64,000 nt of DNA from assembly GCF_006345805.1 (NCBI RefSeq), contig NC_043001.1, forward strand, positions 91,450,001-91,514,000. The letters run 5' to 3'. The first letter of the stretch is position 1; every line of letters begins with the position of its first letter. The DNA is from Octopus sinensis (taxonomy: Eukaryota). This document shows positions 1-13,017 of this stretch, piece after piece. Made by a program: the position numbers and the translations under genes. The notes beneath the pieces are model-generated. The model did not search any database. It worked only from the letters and a program-made list of their open reading frames with translations, and was not told the origin of the DNA.

Positions 1-791
1 TAAGCCTTTGTAATTTAGGTACAAGGACAGCAATTTTTTATAAGGTGGAGGTAAATGATTAAATCAACTCTAGTATGAGACTGGAATTCTATTTTATCGA
101 TCTCTGAGCGGTGGAAGGCAAAGTTGATGCCAACGGAACGGGAACTCAGAAGTTAAAGAAAAAACTCTGGCATATGGGCAGCTATTTTGAGGGGACGGGT
201 TAGTCGATATAATTGATTGAGTTGCTTGACTAGTACTTTATTCTTCCGACCCTGGGGGATGAAAGGCAGAATCGGCTTTAACGTTATTTGAGCTCAGAAC
301 ATTAAAAATGATAAAGAAATACTGCAAAGCATTTCTTCCGACGCTCTACCGATTATGCCAGCTCACCGCCAAGCTTAATACCATAAAGTGTTACAAGGAG
401 ATGTGGGTTCATGTCCCACGAGTAGCCTTTGAGTGTTTCAATCCAAAAGTTTTTTTTTTTGTTTTTCAACCCATGCTATTGTTTATGGCTTAGCGTGCTT
501 CGAGATCCACTGTTTCACCGAAATAAAAAAAGAAACAGAAAATTCACGTTCTCTGTAACGTTTATAAGTACTCATGACGTCAACACCTCCTTCTATCTTT
601 ATGTTTTCACAATTACGGGATTTGAGAGGGTTTTCTTCGAAAATTTTGTTTTTAATGATAATTTTAATAATCACATACAAGAATTTCATTAACAGTATTA
701 ATGTTAATTTTAATAGTGTTAATTATATTCTCAAGTTTGTGATTTTATTTTCTGTGGATAATTTTGTATGCGAGTGTCTGTGAGGATATAT

Positions 792-863
<72 letters not shown>

Positions 864-913
864 ACATATACATATATATAATATATATATATTATATATA
901 TATATACATACAT

Positions 914-1013
<100 letters not shown>

Positions 1014-1649
1014 CATACGTGTTGGTGCACGTAGCCATGTATGCTTTCTGGACTGCGTTCTAATACACAGAACGTGTGAAAATATTTCAATCATGGATTA
1101 TTTCCCTTAGATTATAGTTGCCAACACTATGTACGAGGGTGGGGGGGCACTGAATACGCATTACTCTTTGTAGTTTTAGCTTTCTGTTTTAATTATTTAT
1201 CTCCCCAATCTTTTTACCTTTTACTTGCTTAAGTCACTGGACTGCGGCCATGTTTCAGCACAGTCTCGATGGGTTTTAATCGAATAATTCGGCCCTGTTA
1301 CTTACGTTGCTGTTATTATTATTATTTTAAGTCTGGTACTCATTCTATCGATTTATTTCGCTGACCGGTTACAATACGGGGACGTAAACAAACGAACGCC
1401 GGTTGTCAAGCGATGGTGGGAACAAACACGAGTACAAGGAAACGGGTTTCCATACAGTTTCCATCAACCAAATTCATTCACATTGCATTGATTGATGCAC
1501 AAGTTTGAAACAAATTAGTGTTGAATGACAAGCAGCTAAAAGTGAGACGAAACAAAAAAGCGAGACTAGATTTCTCGAAGGAGGAATTTCTCTTCATGTG
1601 CCGTTCGCCCAAAATTCGTGTTAATAAAAATTAAATAAGATAAGGATAA

Positions 1650-1978
1650 GAAAGGATGAAAGGCAAAGTCGACCTCGGCGGAATTTGAACTCAGAACGTA
1701 AAGAAAGAGGAAATACCGCTATGTATTTCGCCCGACGTGCTAACGTTTATTATTTCTTTACTGCCCACAAGGGGCTACACACAGAAGGGACAAACAAGGA
1801 CAGACAAACGGATTAAGTCGATCATATCGACCCCAGTGCGTAACTGGTACTTATTTAATCGAGCCCGAAAGGATAAAAGGAAAAGTCGACCTCGGCGGAA
1901 TTTGAACTCAGAATGTAGCGGCAGACAAAATGCCGCTACGCATTTCACCCGGCGTGCTAACGTTTCTGCCACCTCGCT
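1650..1978 (-). mobile_element. SINE family B (tRNA-derived), composite/dimeric copy
   Basis: Reverse complement of the head GGCGGCGAGCTGGCAGAAACGTTAGC...GAGTTCAAATTCCGCCGAGGTCGACTTTGCCTTTCATCC; a second partial unit (1650-1750) abuts the tail of the first. Confidence 0.85.
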
Positions 1979-2050
1979 GCCTCCCCTCTTTTAATATTGT
2001 GAATTATATATGGAATACAATACATTGAGAAATATTTCTCGTGCAACTTA

Positions 2051-2270
2051 GGTGGTGAGCTGGTAGAAGCGTTAGCACACGCCGTAAAAATGCTTACTGA
2101 CATCTCGTCCGGTTTTAGATTCTGAGTTCGAATTCCGCCGAGGTTGCCTTTATCATTTCGAGATTCGATAAAATAGGTACAATTACGCACTGGGGATTAC
2201 GTCATCAACTTATCCATTCTCCAGAAATTGCTTGCTGGCTTTGTGCTAAAATTTGAAACCAATATTTCTC
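2051..2270 (+). mobile_element. SINE family B, diverged copy
   Basis: GGTGGTGAGCTGGTAGAAGCGTTAGC head and B-box GAGTTCGAATTCC, homologous to 4529-4731. Confidence 0.8.
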
Positions 2271-3331
2271 ATGCAACTTCTTTGACTCCAATTGCCAAAA
2301 ACCCTCGAAGCTGAACTACTTACTAAAGATTGAATATTTTAAAACTTTATATGCAAGAGCGAAGATGGAAAATATACATCTTGGGAGATCATGGAAAAAG
2401 CGGTGCCAAATATTAGAAGAGGAATTTGTGCAAACTACGAATTAGTTGTCATTGCATGGTGCCAAAAATAGTGATTTTTGTTTCACCAAATATTTAACAC
2501 AGAACACGAAACTCAACAGAATCTACATAACTACTGTATTGTGAATGAAACTACACTCGTTGAATTCTACCTCTGCGTGGAACCTTCATAAAAATATGTT
2601 GGACATGGACTCAAGGCAATAGAAGGAACAGAATTTAAAGCTGTGTGCTTCTCAGTTGGTATGCTTGGTATCTAGCTTATTAACTATACCATCCGTACTC
2701 TCGTGTGCCAAATGAGAAATTTATTAAAAAACAGAGAAGATTAAGAGTTGGGAACTTACGGCTAGAAAGTCATATGCGAGCAGCATCTGAAGCCCTTAAG
2801 TTCGGCTTCCTAGAAAAAAATCTGGATTTTGCATAAAAACTATCGGTTTTTGTTGATTACATAGTATAATATTAATTCGTAATGTTCTTAAATTCAGAAA
2901 AGAAAAAAAAGTCATTAAAAGGTCAGTTTACATTCATATTACTTGCTTTAATATTAATAATTACATTCTCCCATATATTTAGAATTATATTTTTTTCCTT
3001 GTTTTAATAAAACCTTATTTAATGTGGATAGATTACATTACATTTCATTCAATGCTGCCTTCAAATATATAATGGTTCACCACCCCTGATTTAGATGATG
3101 GAAACAGCAGAACGCTGAATTGGGGAGGGGAACATCTTCGAGGAATATCAAGCATAGTTCCTTACACATTTAAGTCAGCAGATGCATAAGATACACCAAT
3201 CGCAGACCAGAGATAAGCTCCGGAAAGTCTAATTGCCGATTCGATTTCAATTTCTCCTTAGATATCTGGATGTAAGGATCGAGTGTACAGTATGACCGTT
3301 ATACAATCCTAAAGTATATATATATATATAT

Positions 3332-3376
<45 letters not shown>

Positions 3377-3412
3377 AATATATGCATATATATTTATATA
3401 TATTTATATATA

Positions 3413-3578
3413 GGCGCAGGAGTGGCTGTGTGGTAAGTAGTTTGCTAACCAACCACATGGTTCCGGGTTCAGTCCCACTGCGTGGCATCTGGGCAAGTTT
3501 TCTGCTATAGCCCAGGGCCGACCAATGCCTTGTGAGTGGATTTGGTAGACGGAAACTGAAAGAAGCCTGTCGTATATG

Positions 3579-3640
<62 letters not shown>

Positions 3641-3856
3641 TTGTGTGTCTGTGTTTGACCCCTAGCATTGCTTGACAACCGATGCTGGTGTGTTTACGTC
3701 CCCGTCACTTAGCGGTTCGGCAAAAGAGACCGATAGAATAAGTACTGGGCTTACAAAGAATAAGTCCCGGGGTCGATTTGCTCGACTAAAGGTGGTGCTC
3801 CAGCATGGCCGCAGTCAAATGACTGAAACAAGTAAAAGAGTAAAGAGTAAAAGAGA
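3413..3856 (+). mobile_element. SINE family A (tRNA head, CORE-like box, internal TA/TG microsatellite, stem-loop tail), full length
   Basis: A-box TGGCTGTGTGG, B-box GGTTCAGTCCC, tail GGTGCTCCAGCATGGCCGCAGTCAAATGACTGAAAC plus (GTAAAAGA)n. Other copies show the CORE-like CCTTGGGCAAGT. Probably one of the published octopus OK/OR1/OR2 SINEs; exact name not verifiable here. More than 20 further full or partial copies in the window. Confidence 0.9.
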
Positions 3857-3859
3857 GTA

Positions 3860-4280
3860 TATGGGTACAGGACGCCACCAACAGTAAACGTTGCGAAAAC
3901 AAATGAGTTAAATACACAAACAACGAGAGAAAAAGATTGAAAACAGGACAAGTAACACAAAGAACGACCTTTCATCAGTGGTCTGCTGTCTATCTACCTC
4001 TCATTTCCACCATTCAACAATATGAGACTTCGAAGACAGTTGCTCCTATAAATACTAAAATGAAATTTTGGATTTTATGGAGGGTCAAAGTTGGGAACAA
4101 AAACAGGACAGTGGAAACATACAAGGAAACCGAACGAAAGCAAACATGGAAAGTCGTTAGACCAGAACGAGAGGAAAATAGCGAACGCTGGAGAAATATT
4201 TTCTTTGAAAAGAGAAAAGATAGAAAAGAGAGATAGAAAATGTCCAGTCCTTCGAATGCAGTTTAGCTGTCTGTATGAGC
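3860..4280 (-). repeat. Non-coding dispersed repeat resembling a Penelope-type terminal repeat
   Basis: A-rich/T-rich asymmetry like the other pLTR-like repeats in the window, with CTGATGA on the minus strand; no ORF. Confidence 0.35.
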
Positions 4281-4469
4281 TTTTTTCCGCCTTGTAAGAG
4301 TAAATATCCAATCTTTCCCTGCTGGTTTTATATATACGTTTATGTATTTGTTTTGCAAGATTTTTTTTATGTGAAATCGTGTGTTGAAACAGGTATATTG
4401 TTATATTGTTCACATTTTGCTTATTAAATGTGCGCACAATATATTTGATCTTTACTTCAGATTTATTAC

Positions 4470-4517
<48 letters not shown>

Positions 4518-4528
4518 TATTATTAAAA

Positions 4529-4731
4529 GGCGGCGAGCTGGCAGAAACGTTAGCATGCCGGGCGAAATGCGTAGCAGTATTTCGTCTGCCGTTACGTTCT
4601 GAGTTCAAATTCCGCCGAGGTCGACTTTGCCTTTCATCCTTTCGGAGTCGATAAGTTAAGTCCCAGTTACGCACTAGGATCGATATAATCGACTTATTCC
4701 GTTTGTCTGTCCTTGTTTGTTCTCTCTGTGT
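4529..4731 (+). mobile_element. SINE family B
   Basis: Near-consensus copy: tRNA-like head with B-box GAGTTCAAATTCC, central GTCGACTTTGCCTTTCATCCTTTCGGAGTCGATAAG...AG (resembles the Meta-SINE domain, from recall). Further copies near 5703-5850, 32320-32650, 40720-41360, 48580-48760, 54560-54990, 55590-56080 and 60780-60965. Confidence 0.9.
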
Positions 4732-5198
4732 TGTTATTATTATTATTTTATTGTTATTATTATTATTATTATTGTTATTATTATTATTATTATTATTGTT
4801 GGTGTTTCTTTGTGAAAGCTCTTCCACCACAAATCCTGTGACCTCTTCAGTAACTCCTTATCCCACGTGTTTCCTCTTGTTCTGCTCAGTCCAGAGTCGT
4901 TGATGAGGTCACAGAATGTGTGACCGGAGAGGTTTGACAAAGAAGCAAAAATAAAAATAATAAAGCTGGAATGAAGAGAAAACATATTGTGCATGTATTT
5001 AATTGGCAAAATATGACTATCCTTAAGAATAACAATATTTACAAGCGTGGCTGTGTGGTAAGAAACTTGCTTCCCAACCTCATGGTTCTGGGTTCGGTCC
5101 TACTGTGTGGCACCCTGGGCAAGTATCTTCTGCTATAAACTCAGGTCGACCAAAGCCTTGTGAGTGGATTTGGTAGACGGGAAACAGTAAGAAACCCG

Positions 5199-5248
<50 letters not shown>

Positions 5249-5413
5249 GGATAAAAACAGTTTGATTCAAATTCGTTGGTACTCTTGAGTTTCAAGCGCG
5301 ATGCTAGTCTTCAGCCATTTAAAATTCGAAATGGAAATTTAAAATGGCTGAAGACTACCATCACACTTGAAACTCAAGAGTACCAACGAATTTGAATCAA
5401 ACTGTTTCTATCC
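5249..5413. mobile_element. Fold-back element / MITE-like palindrome with 78-bp arms
   Basis: Arms 5249-5326 and 5336-5413 are reverse complements with 5 mismatches around a 9-nt loop; TA lies one base outside each arm (5246-47, 5415-16). Confidence 0.85.
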
Positions 5414-5670
5414 GTACATATAACTTCCAATAAATTTTCTGAGTGCCCTTCTTTCGTTTGTCCACCCATTCGTATATAAATATATATATCAGAGACCATG
5501 CTGGAGCACCCCAGGACCTATTCTTTGCAAGCGTAGTACTTATTATTCTATCGGTCTCTTTTGCTGAACCACTAAGTTACGGGGAGGTACACACATCAAC
5601 ATCGTTTGTCAAGCGATGTGGAGGGACAGACACACAAGCACATACATACATACATACATACATACATACA

Positions 5671-5705
<35 letters not shown>

Positions 5706-6393
5706 TTCTTTACTACCCACAAGGGGCTAAACACAGACGGGACAAACAAGGACAGACAAACGGATTAAGTCGATTATATCGACCCCAGTGTGTAACTGGT
5801 ACTTAATTTATCGACCCCGAAAGGATGAAAGGCAAAGTCGACCTCGGCATATGTATGTATATATGTATGTATATATGTATGTATACGTATATATATATGT
5901 ATATGTCTGCTCAATCAGGGTTAGCCAAGCATGAAACCATTCACAAACACACTCCAATGTCCGGGCAACACAGACGTTCTATGTACTCTCTATGTTTTTT
6001 TCTGCTACTACTACTATTACTACATCTACTGTTCTTCGCTGCTAGCCGGTCTCATGCCACCACCAACTGAGGCGCTCCTGCCTCACCTCGTCTCTCTTTG
6101 CTTGTTATAACCATGTTGTATAGAACTCGCCTTCTGTAACACTAACCACTACGTCCAAACCTTCCTCCCCCATAACGTTAAATTCCCACTGGTGTTCCAT
6201 CCTTGCACATGTCCTTCTTGCAGGTTTCGGATTACAACAGTTTGAGCGGAACGCTAACGACCTAGGTTAGTGAGTCACAGAACAGCAACAGGTCTCGAAG
6301 GATCTGTCAAGGACTGTGGGCACCACCTACCTCTTCCTGCAGAAAAAAATATATAAACGAACTCTTTAACCTATACATACATACATACATACA

Positions 6394-6425
<32 letters not shown>

Positions 6426-6655
6426 ATATTTTTATATATATATATAGTCTTTCATTCTTCATTTGTTTTAGTCTTTTGACTGCGGCCATGCTGGAGCAAC
6501 CCAGGACTTATTCTTTGCAAGTCTAGTACTTATTCTATCAGTTTCTTTTGCTGAACCACTATGTTACGGGGACGTAAACACACCAACGTCGATTGTCAAG
6601 CGATGTGGAGGGACAAACACAAACACACAAGTATATACATAAACATACATGCATG

Positions 6656-6700
<45 letters not shown>

Positions 6701-6807
6701 GCTCTTTTACTTGTTTCAGTCATTTGAATGTGGCCATTCTGGAGCACCGCCTTACATATATATATATATATATATATAACTGGCACCGCCGTACATATAT
6801 AATATAT

Positions 6808-6841
<34 letters not shown>

Positions 6842-7074
6842 ATATTATATATATACATGTGTGTGTGTGAGCGCGTGCATTTAACATTGTTTTTTCAATC
6901 GCCCGAATGCATTCTGATAAGTGACACAACTTCAAACAGACAATACCCTTCCTTCCTTCCTGTTTTCTTTTTTAATATAATAGTATAATGACTTCAGCGA
7001 ATTTTGATTGTCGCTGTTCCTCTAGTCATTGCTGTTGTTTTCAAACTGAAAACCATATAAACCCTTGAACATAT

Positions 7075-7474
7075 TCTCTTTTTACTTGTTTCAGTCATTT
7101 GACTGTGGCCATGCTGGAGCACCGCCTTTAGTCGAGCAAATCGACCCCAGGACTTATTCTTTGTAAGCCTAGTACTTATTCTATCGGTCCGTCTTTTGCC
7201 GAACCGCTAGGTTACGGGAACGTAAACGCACCAGCATCGGTTGTCAAGTGATGTTGGGGGACAAACACAGACACACACACACACCCACACACACACACAC
7301 ACATATATATATACATATATACGACAGGCTTCTTTCAGTTTCCATCTACCAAATCCACTCACAAGGTTTTGGTCGGCCCGAGTTTATAGTAGAGGACACT
7401 TGTCCAAGGGGCCACGCAGTGAGACTGAACCCCGAACCATGTGGTTGGTAAGCAAGCTACTTACCACACAGCCA
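7075..7474 (-). mobile_element. SINE family A, full length
   Basis: Reverse complement of 3413-3856 with head, CORE-like box, internal (CA)n and tail. Confidence 0.9.
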
Positions 7475-8214
7475 ATCAAAAACAATACTAACCTATACCA
7501 ATAATTAAGACATTAACATAATCATAAATCCTAATCGCAAAGGCTGAATTAAACCAATTAACATCCTAATTACTGAAAATCCTAAAGCGAACCCTATCAT
7601 TTATATATCAACACACGTAGGGGGGGGGGTATTACTAGCGGTAGAGGTGTTACTGGTGATTGTGGTGTTGGTCGTATTGATATTGCTGTTATTGTTGTTG
7701 TTGGTGTTCTGATCTGTTTTAACTGAGCATCGAAGGTCATGCTGGAGCAAGTCTTATAAATTATCTGTGTTTATGTCCAGGACATAAAGGGCTCAAATGG
7801 ATTATTCTGGGTCAACGCAACGGATTTAGAGAACACAATGCTAAGCTATGCATGCTACGGTGGTTGTGTGCAGAGTCACAAGAAGGAGCGAAAGGGGCCA
7901 GCGACTAAATGAATCCAGGACGAAAGAGGCAAGGAAGGACCCAGAAACCCACAGAGGGGTGGGAGTGTGAAATTCTGGCAGAACGTGGCGGCCACGTTAA
8001 TTAGGATGTTAATTGTCTCTCTCTGTCTCTATCTCTCTCTCTTCTTCCTTCTTTCTCTCATGCTGGGAGTCTGAAAGGAATCTAGTTTTCCCTTGCAAAA
8101 TTTCTTTCGGAGATCTCGTTGTGTAAGTAGAACTCACCCCTTGTATTGTTTTGCCCAGCGCAAGCCCATAATGCTGTGAACGAGGGTATGTCCAGTGTCC
8201 TTGCAGGGTGTCTT

Positions 8215-8430
8215 CTGTATTGTATTGTGGGTCTTCTTTGATGTATTGTGGGTCCTATGTCTTGTTTAGTGAGTCTTACATTTGCATTGTAGATCCTCTG
8301 TTTTATGGTCTGCTATAAGGTCGTTTGTGGTGTGTTGTAAGTCCTCTGTATTTTGTTGAGGATCATCTGAGCTGTGAGCCCTCTTTGTTGTGTTGTGGGT
8401 CCTCTGTGTTGATTTGTGGGACCTCTCATT
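8215..8430. repeat. Degenerate ~20-bp minisatellite (TGTTGTGGGTCCTCTG-like)
   Basis: Recurrent TTGTGGGTCCT/TTGTAAGTCCT/TTGTGGGACCT units inside a relatively GC-rich, TE-like block (7760-8500). Confidence 0.55.
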
Positions 8431-8639
8431 TATAGGTCTATCACCTATGGATAACCTCTCTACTCAGATTGTAAACTATTCCAAAAAGCTGATTCGTGGT
8501 TCTCGCAAGAAGTATATGATTTCAGTTGCCTTTCAGAAATTCAGGTTCCAATTAGTCCAGTCCTGACTCATCCTCTCCTGTTTCATTCCAAATAAACTTG
8601 GGACTTCATCTTTTTTTGTGCCTGTCCTTCCTTTCTTAC

Positions 8640-8864
8640 TTTTTTATTGCCCACAAGGGGCTAAACATAGAAGAATCAAATAAGGACAGACAAAGGGATT
8701 AAGTTGATTATATCGACACCAGTGCGTAACTAGTACTTATTTAATCGACCCCGAAAGGATGAAAGGCAAAGTCGACCTCGGCGGAATTTGAACTCAGAAC
8801 GTAGCGGCGGACGAAATACCGCTAAGCATTTTGCCTGGTGTGCTAACGTTTCTGCCAGCTCGCC
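8640..8864 (-). mobile_element. SINE family B, full length
   Basis: Reverse complement of the family B consensus from head to the CCCCTTGTGGG tail. Confidence 0.9.
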
Positions 8865-8923
8865 TGTCCTTCCTTTCTAAGGACAGTACGTGTGTGGCTT
8901 GAGAGGGAGAGAGAGAAAAAGAA

Positions 8924-8956
<33 letters not shown>

Positions 8957-8975
8957 GAGAGATAGAGATAGATAC

Positions 8976-9008
<33 letters not shown>

Positions 9009-9049
9009 GGGGGAGAGAGAGAGAGAGAGAGAGAGAGCTATGGAATTAT

Positions 9050-9200
9050 TATTTTAACCCGGACGAGCGACCACACAGAAGCTTTCACTAGAGCACGTTT
9101 AGCTGCAGCTATTTCTGCCAGACGGAGCGACTACGTAGAAGCTTCCTCGATGGCACGTCTACCTGCTGCTATTTCTAGCAGATGAAGCAACCACATATAG
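9050..9200. repeat. 60-bp tandem repeat, about 2.5 units
   Basis: Rows starting 9061, 9121 and 9181 align at exactly 60-nt period (GAGCGACYAC..AGAAGCTT...GCACGT...GCTATTTCT). Confidence 0.75.
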
Positions 9201-9209
9201 TCTCTCATC

Positions 9210-9247
<38 letters not shown>

Positions 9248-9727
9248 CTGTTTCTTTCTCTCTTTCTCCCTTCTGTTTGTTATTAGCAGGTTTGGTCTCT
9301 GCTATTTCTGGCCCAAGTGATTGCACACAGCTCCCTTTCCCCTCTCTCTTACCTTCTTTTTTACCCCTCTCTCTCTGCCGCTATCTGTCTGTCTGTCTGT
9401 CTCTCTCTCTATCTATGTATCTCTCTGTCTCTGTCTGTCTGTCTCTCTAACTCTCTCTCTCTCCTTCACTCTTTCTCCCTCGTTAGTTAAAACCAGCCAA
9501 CACTCTTGTTTCTTTTGCAGCTGCCTTTCAGGTGCTGCTGCTGCTGCTGTAGCCGTTCCTGTTGCTGCCTCTGCTGCGGTTGCTGCTGCTGCTGTTGCTG
9601 CTGCTGCTGTTCCTATTCCTCCTGCTGCTGTTGGTGTTGATGTTGTTACTAGTGCTGATATACCAAAGATAATTTTGTTTGCACGTGTGCTTTATGTTCC
9701 CCACCACTGCTCTCTCACACAGACACG

Positions 9728-9813
<86 letters not shown>

Positions 9814-9814
9814 T

Positions 9815-10190
9815 ATTCTATATTCTTACACACCTAAATGACTCTCTCTTACACATATATTGTACATATACATACACACAGATAATCACACGCACTCCCC
9901 ATCTATTTCACACTTACACACATACACGCATGCATTCACACGCACACAGACAGGCACATAGTTATACACATACGCACGCACATAGATATATACACACACT
10001 AACCTTCTATATTCTTACACACCCAAATGTCTCTCTCTTACACACATATATTGTACATATACATACACACAGATAATCACACGCACTCCCCATCTATTTC
10101 ACACTTACACACATACACGCATGCATTCACACGCACACAGACAGGCACATAGTTATACACATACGCACGCACATAGATATATATATACAC
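9815..10190. repeat. 191-bp tandem duplication within CA/TA-rich sequence
   Basis: GATAATCACACGCACTCCCCATCTATTTC occurs at 9881 and 10072 with colinear flanks. Confidence 0.85.
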
Positions 10191-10388
10191 ACGCACACAC
10201 GCATGCACGCACACACACATGCACGTACACACACACATATACATATATATATATATGAATGTATGTATGTATACATGCACACACATACGTACATACATAT
10301 ATATGCATATGCATACATATAATTGTGTCCTTGCGCACTCAAATGTGAGTGTGTATATGTGTAAGAACATATATATATGCATACATAC

Positions 10389-10447
<59 letters not shown>

Positions 10448-10687
10448 TTATTTATATATTTACATATATATATATATATATATATTATATATTTAATTTT
10501 ATATATTTACACAGACATATATATATAATATATATATATATATTTATATATTTACATATATATTATATATTTATATATTTACATATATATATATTATACA
10601 TATATATATATATATTATATATATATTACATATATATATATTTACACACACACACACACCCATACACACACACATACACACAAACAC

Positions 10688-10758
<71 letters not shown>

Positions 10759-10962
10759 CTATATATATATATATATTTACATATATATATATTATATTTA
10801 CATTATAATATTATATACACCACACACACACCGGTTGCAGGATCTTTAGAAGCACGGGTAGGAGAAACTTACCTTCTTCTCTTTATTAATTATAGAAAAA
10901 CTGTTGTGATTGGTTGAGCAATAACACTCCTCTCGTCTCACTGAGACACACGAAGGAGTGAC

Positions 10963-10995
<33 letters not shown>

Positions 10996-11246
10996 ACACA
11001 ACAACAACAACAACAACAGCACCACCAACAAGAACAACAACAATGGCAAATATAACAATAACAATAACATTAACTGCACCCTGGGTAACCACATCAACGG
11101 CATTAGTAACATCAACAACGACATCAACAAGGAGAAAGTTAAGTGCACCGCTTCAGTGTCACGAAGTAGATTTCAGAGAAATTATGTAACTAACATAGAC
11201 TTAGACACACTCATACACACTCACACACACACACACACACACACAC

Positions 11247-11293
<47 letters not shown>

Positions 11294-11448
11294 ACACACA
11301 CACATACCAAAATATACACACACAGACACGCACATATGTATACACACGCACACGTTCACATACGCACGTACGGTCATATCTTGCATGTTATACACTCATA
11401 TCTACAGAAACATTTACAATTGCTTAGATACTTAAATATTCATATATT

Positions 11449-11492
<44 letters not shown>

Positions 11493-11597
11493 CGCAGGAA
11501 GTGGCTGTGTGGTAAGTAGCTTGCTTACCAACCACATGGTTCCGTGTTCAGTCCGAATGCGTGGCACCTTGGGCAAGTGTATATATACATGTCTGTA

Positions 11598-11657
<60 letters not shown>

Positions 11658-11734
11658 GAAGGTGACTATACGCAATATAAATGCAAAAAGGAAACATTCA
11701 ATTGTCACTATATATATATATATATATATGTATG

Positions 11735-11895
11735 TATAAAAAATACAAAATGGGACAAGAACGCGAAACATCCGGACAACTAGGTGATACAAAAAAGGAC
11801 AGCAAAACATCAAGATAGATACAAAAAAAATAAATAAAGCAAAGACGGTCATTCGAAGCTTTCTATCCTCAGTCAAGAACCGGATCATTAAACGC
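11735..11895. repeat. Dispersed non-coding repeat (second, longer copy at 16275-16640)
   Basis: ATACAAAATGGGACAAGAACGC..AACATCCGGACA..TAGGTGAT...GTCATTCGAAG..CTATC.TCAGTCAAGAACC is shared between the two loci; possibly a Penelope-type terminal repeat. Confidence 0.7.
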
Positions 11896-12042
11896 AATAT
11901 ATATATACAACGGGCTTATTTTAGCTTCTGTCTACCATCTACGGTCAGAAGTCTGGTCAGTAGACTTGCGCAAGATCTACGCAGCAGAGCTGAACCCGGA
12001 AGTATGTTGTTGGTAAGCAAGCACCTTATGACACAGCCACAC

Positions 12043-12088
<46 letters not shown>

Positions 12089-12441
12089 ATGTATGGTGTG
12101 TGTATATGTTACAAGCTCGCACACACACATAAATATATAAGGTGTGTATTCTATGAAGCTATGTCGAGGTGCGGTTGGGTGAATAACCTATTATAAAGTG
12201 CACTGGCTGATATGAGTGGCACCACCGCCCTCCGTTTTTGGTTCTTGTGTGCATGTGTGGCAAACCACAATCACGCCTGTTCGCTCACATGTTTGTTTGC
12301 GTGGGTAAAATGCCATTACGTGACAGATTCAAATACAAGGTGAATGCGTGCAGTATAACAGCAACAGCGACAACAGCATTAACTAGTGTCTATATGTAGA
12401 CACACAGAGACATATATGCATATGTGGTGTGTATGTATATA

Positions 12442-12489
<48 letters not shown>

Positions 12490-12499
<10 letters not shown>

Positions 12500-12765
12500 G
12501 GGAGTAAATCCAAACTACAGGGGAAAATTAGATTTGAGATTAAATTCAATTTTATAGTATAAATATATATATATATATATTATATTAAATTAGAGATAAA
12601 AACCACTATTACACAAATCAAACAGTCAAAATCATAAACCAATACATAAAAATAAAATTAATTAATAAAAAATATATAAAAATATAAAATTCAAAATTTA
12701 AAATATTTAAATTAAGTTAAAAATTTAAAAATTATTTAAATTAATAATTAATACTTATAAATTTT

Positions 12766-12833
<68 letters not shown>

Positions 12834-12950
12834 ATTTTGAATTTTATATATTTTTAATTAATTAATTTTATTTCTATGTATTGGTTTATGATTTTCACTG
12901 TTTGATTTGCCTAATAGTGGTTTTATCTCTAATTTAATATAATATATATA
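12490..12950. repeat. AT-rich dispersed repeat arranged as an inverted repeat around a (TA)n(TTA)n spacer; third copy at 16015-16255
   Basis: About 12570-12700 is the reverse complement of about 12836-12950 (AGAGATAAAACCACTATT...AAATCAAACAGT.AAAATCATAAACCAATACATA). Confidence 0.85.
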
Positions 12951-13017
12951 TATATATATATATCAACACACACACACATACACACACATATGTGTGTGTG
13001 TGTGTATGTATATGTGT

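Noticed and set aside
2380-2860. Possible hAT C-terminal transposase traces
   Set aside because: Too degenerate to align confidently by eye.
3900-3980. CTGATGA on the minus strand with a distant GCAACGTT as a possible hammerhead
   Set aside because: No GAAA and no convincing stem I or II in this copy.
6224-6265. 42-nt exon-like segment (TTGCAG|...CTAG|GTTAGT; FGLQQFERNANDL)
   Set aside because: Short, no recognisable homology or partner exons, and compatible with chance in TE-like sequence.
9321-11491. Long ORFs with poly-Ala, poly-Asn/Thr/Gln and His-Thr runs
   Set aside because: Built from (GCT)n, (ACA)n and (CA)n repeats, with no splice or domain support.
11855-11885. CTGAGGA/CTGAAGA...CGAAT motif in the 11735/16275 repeat as a hammerhead
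   Set aside because: GAAA is replaced by GAAT in both copies and there is no stem I complementarity.
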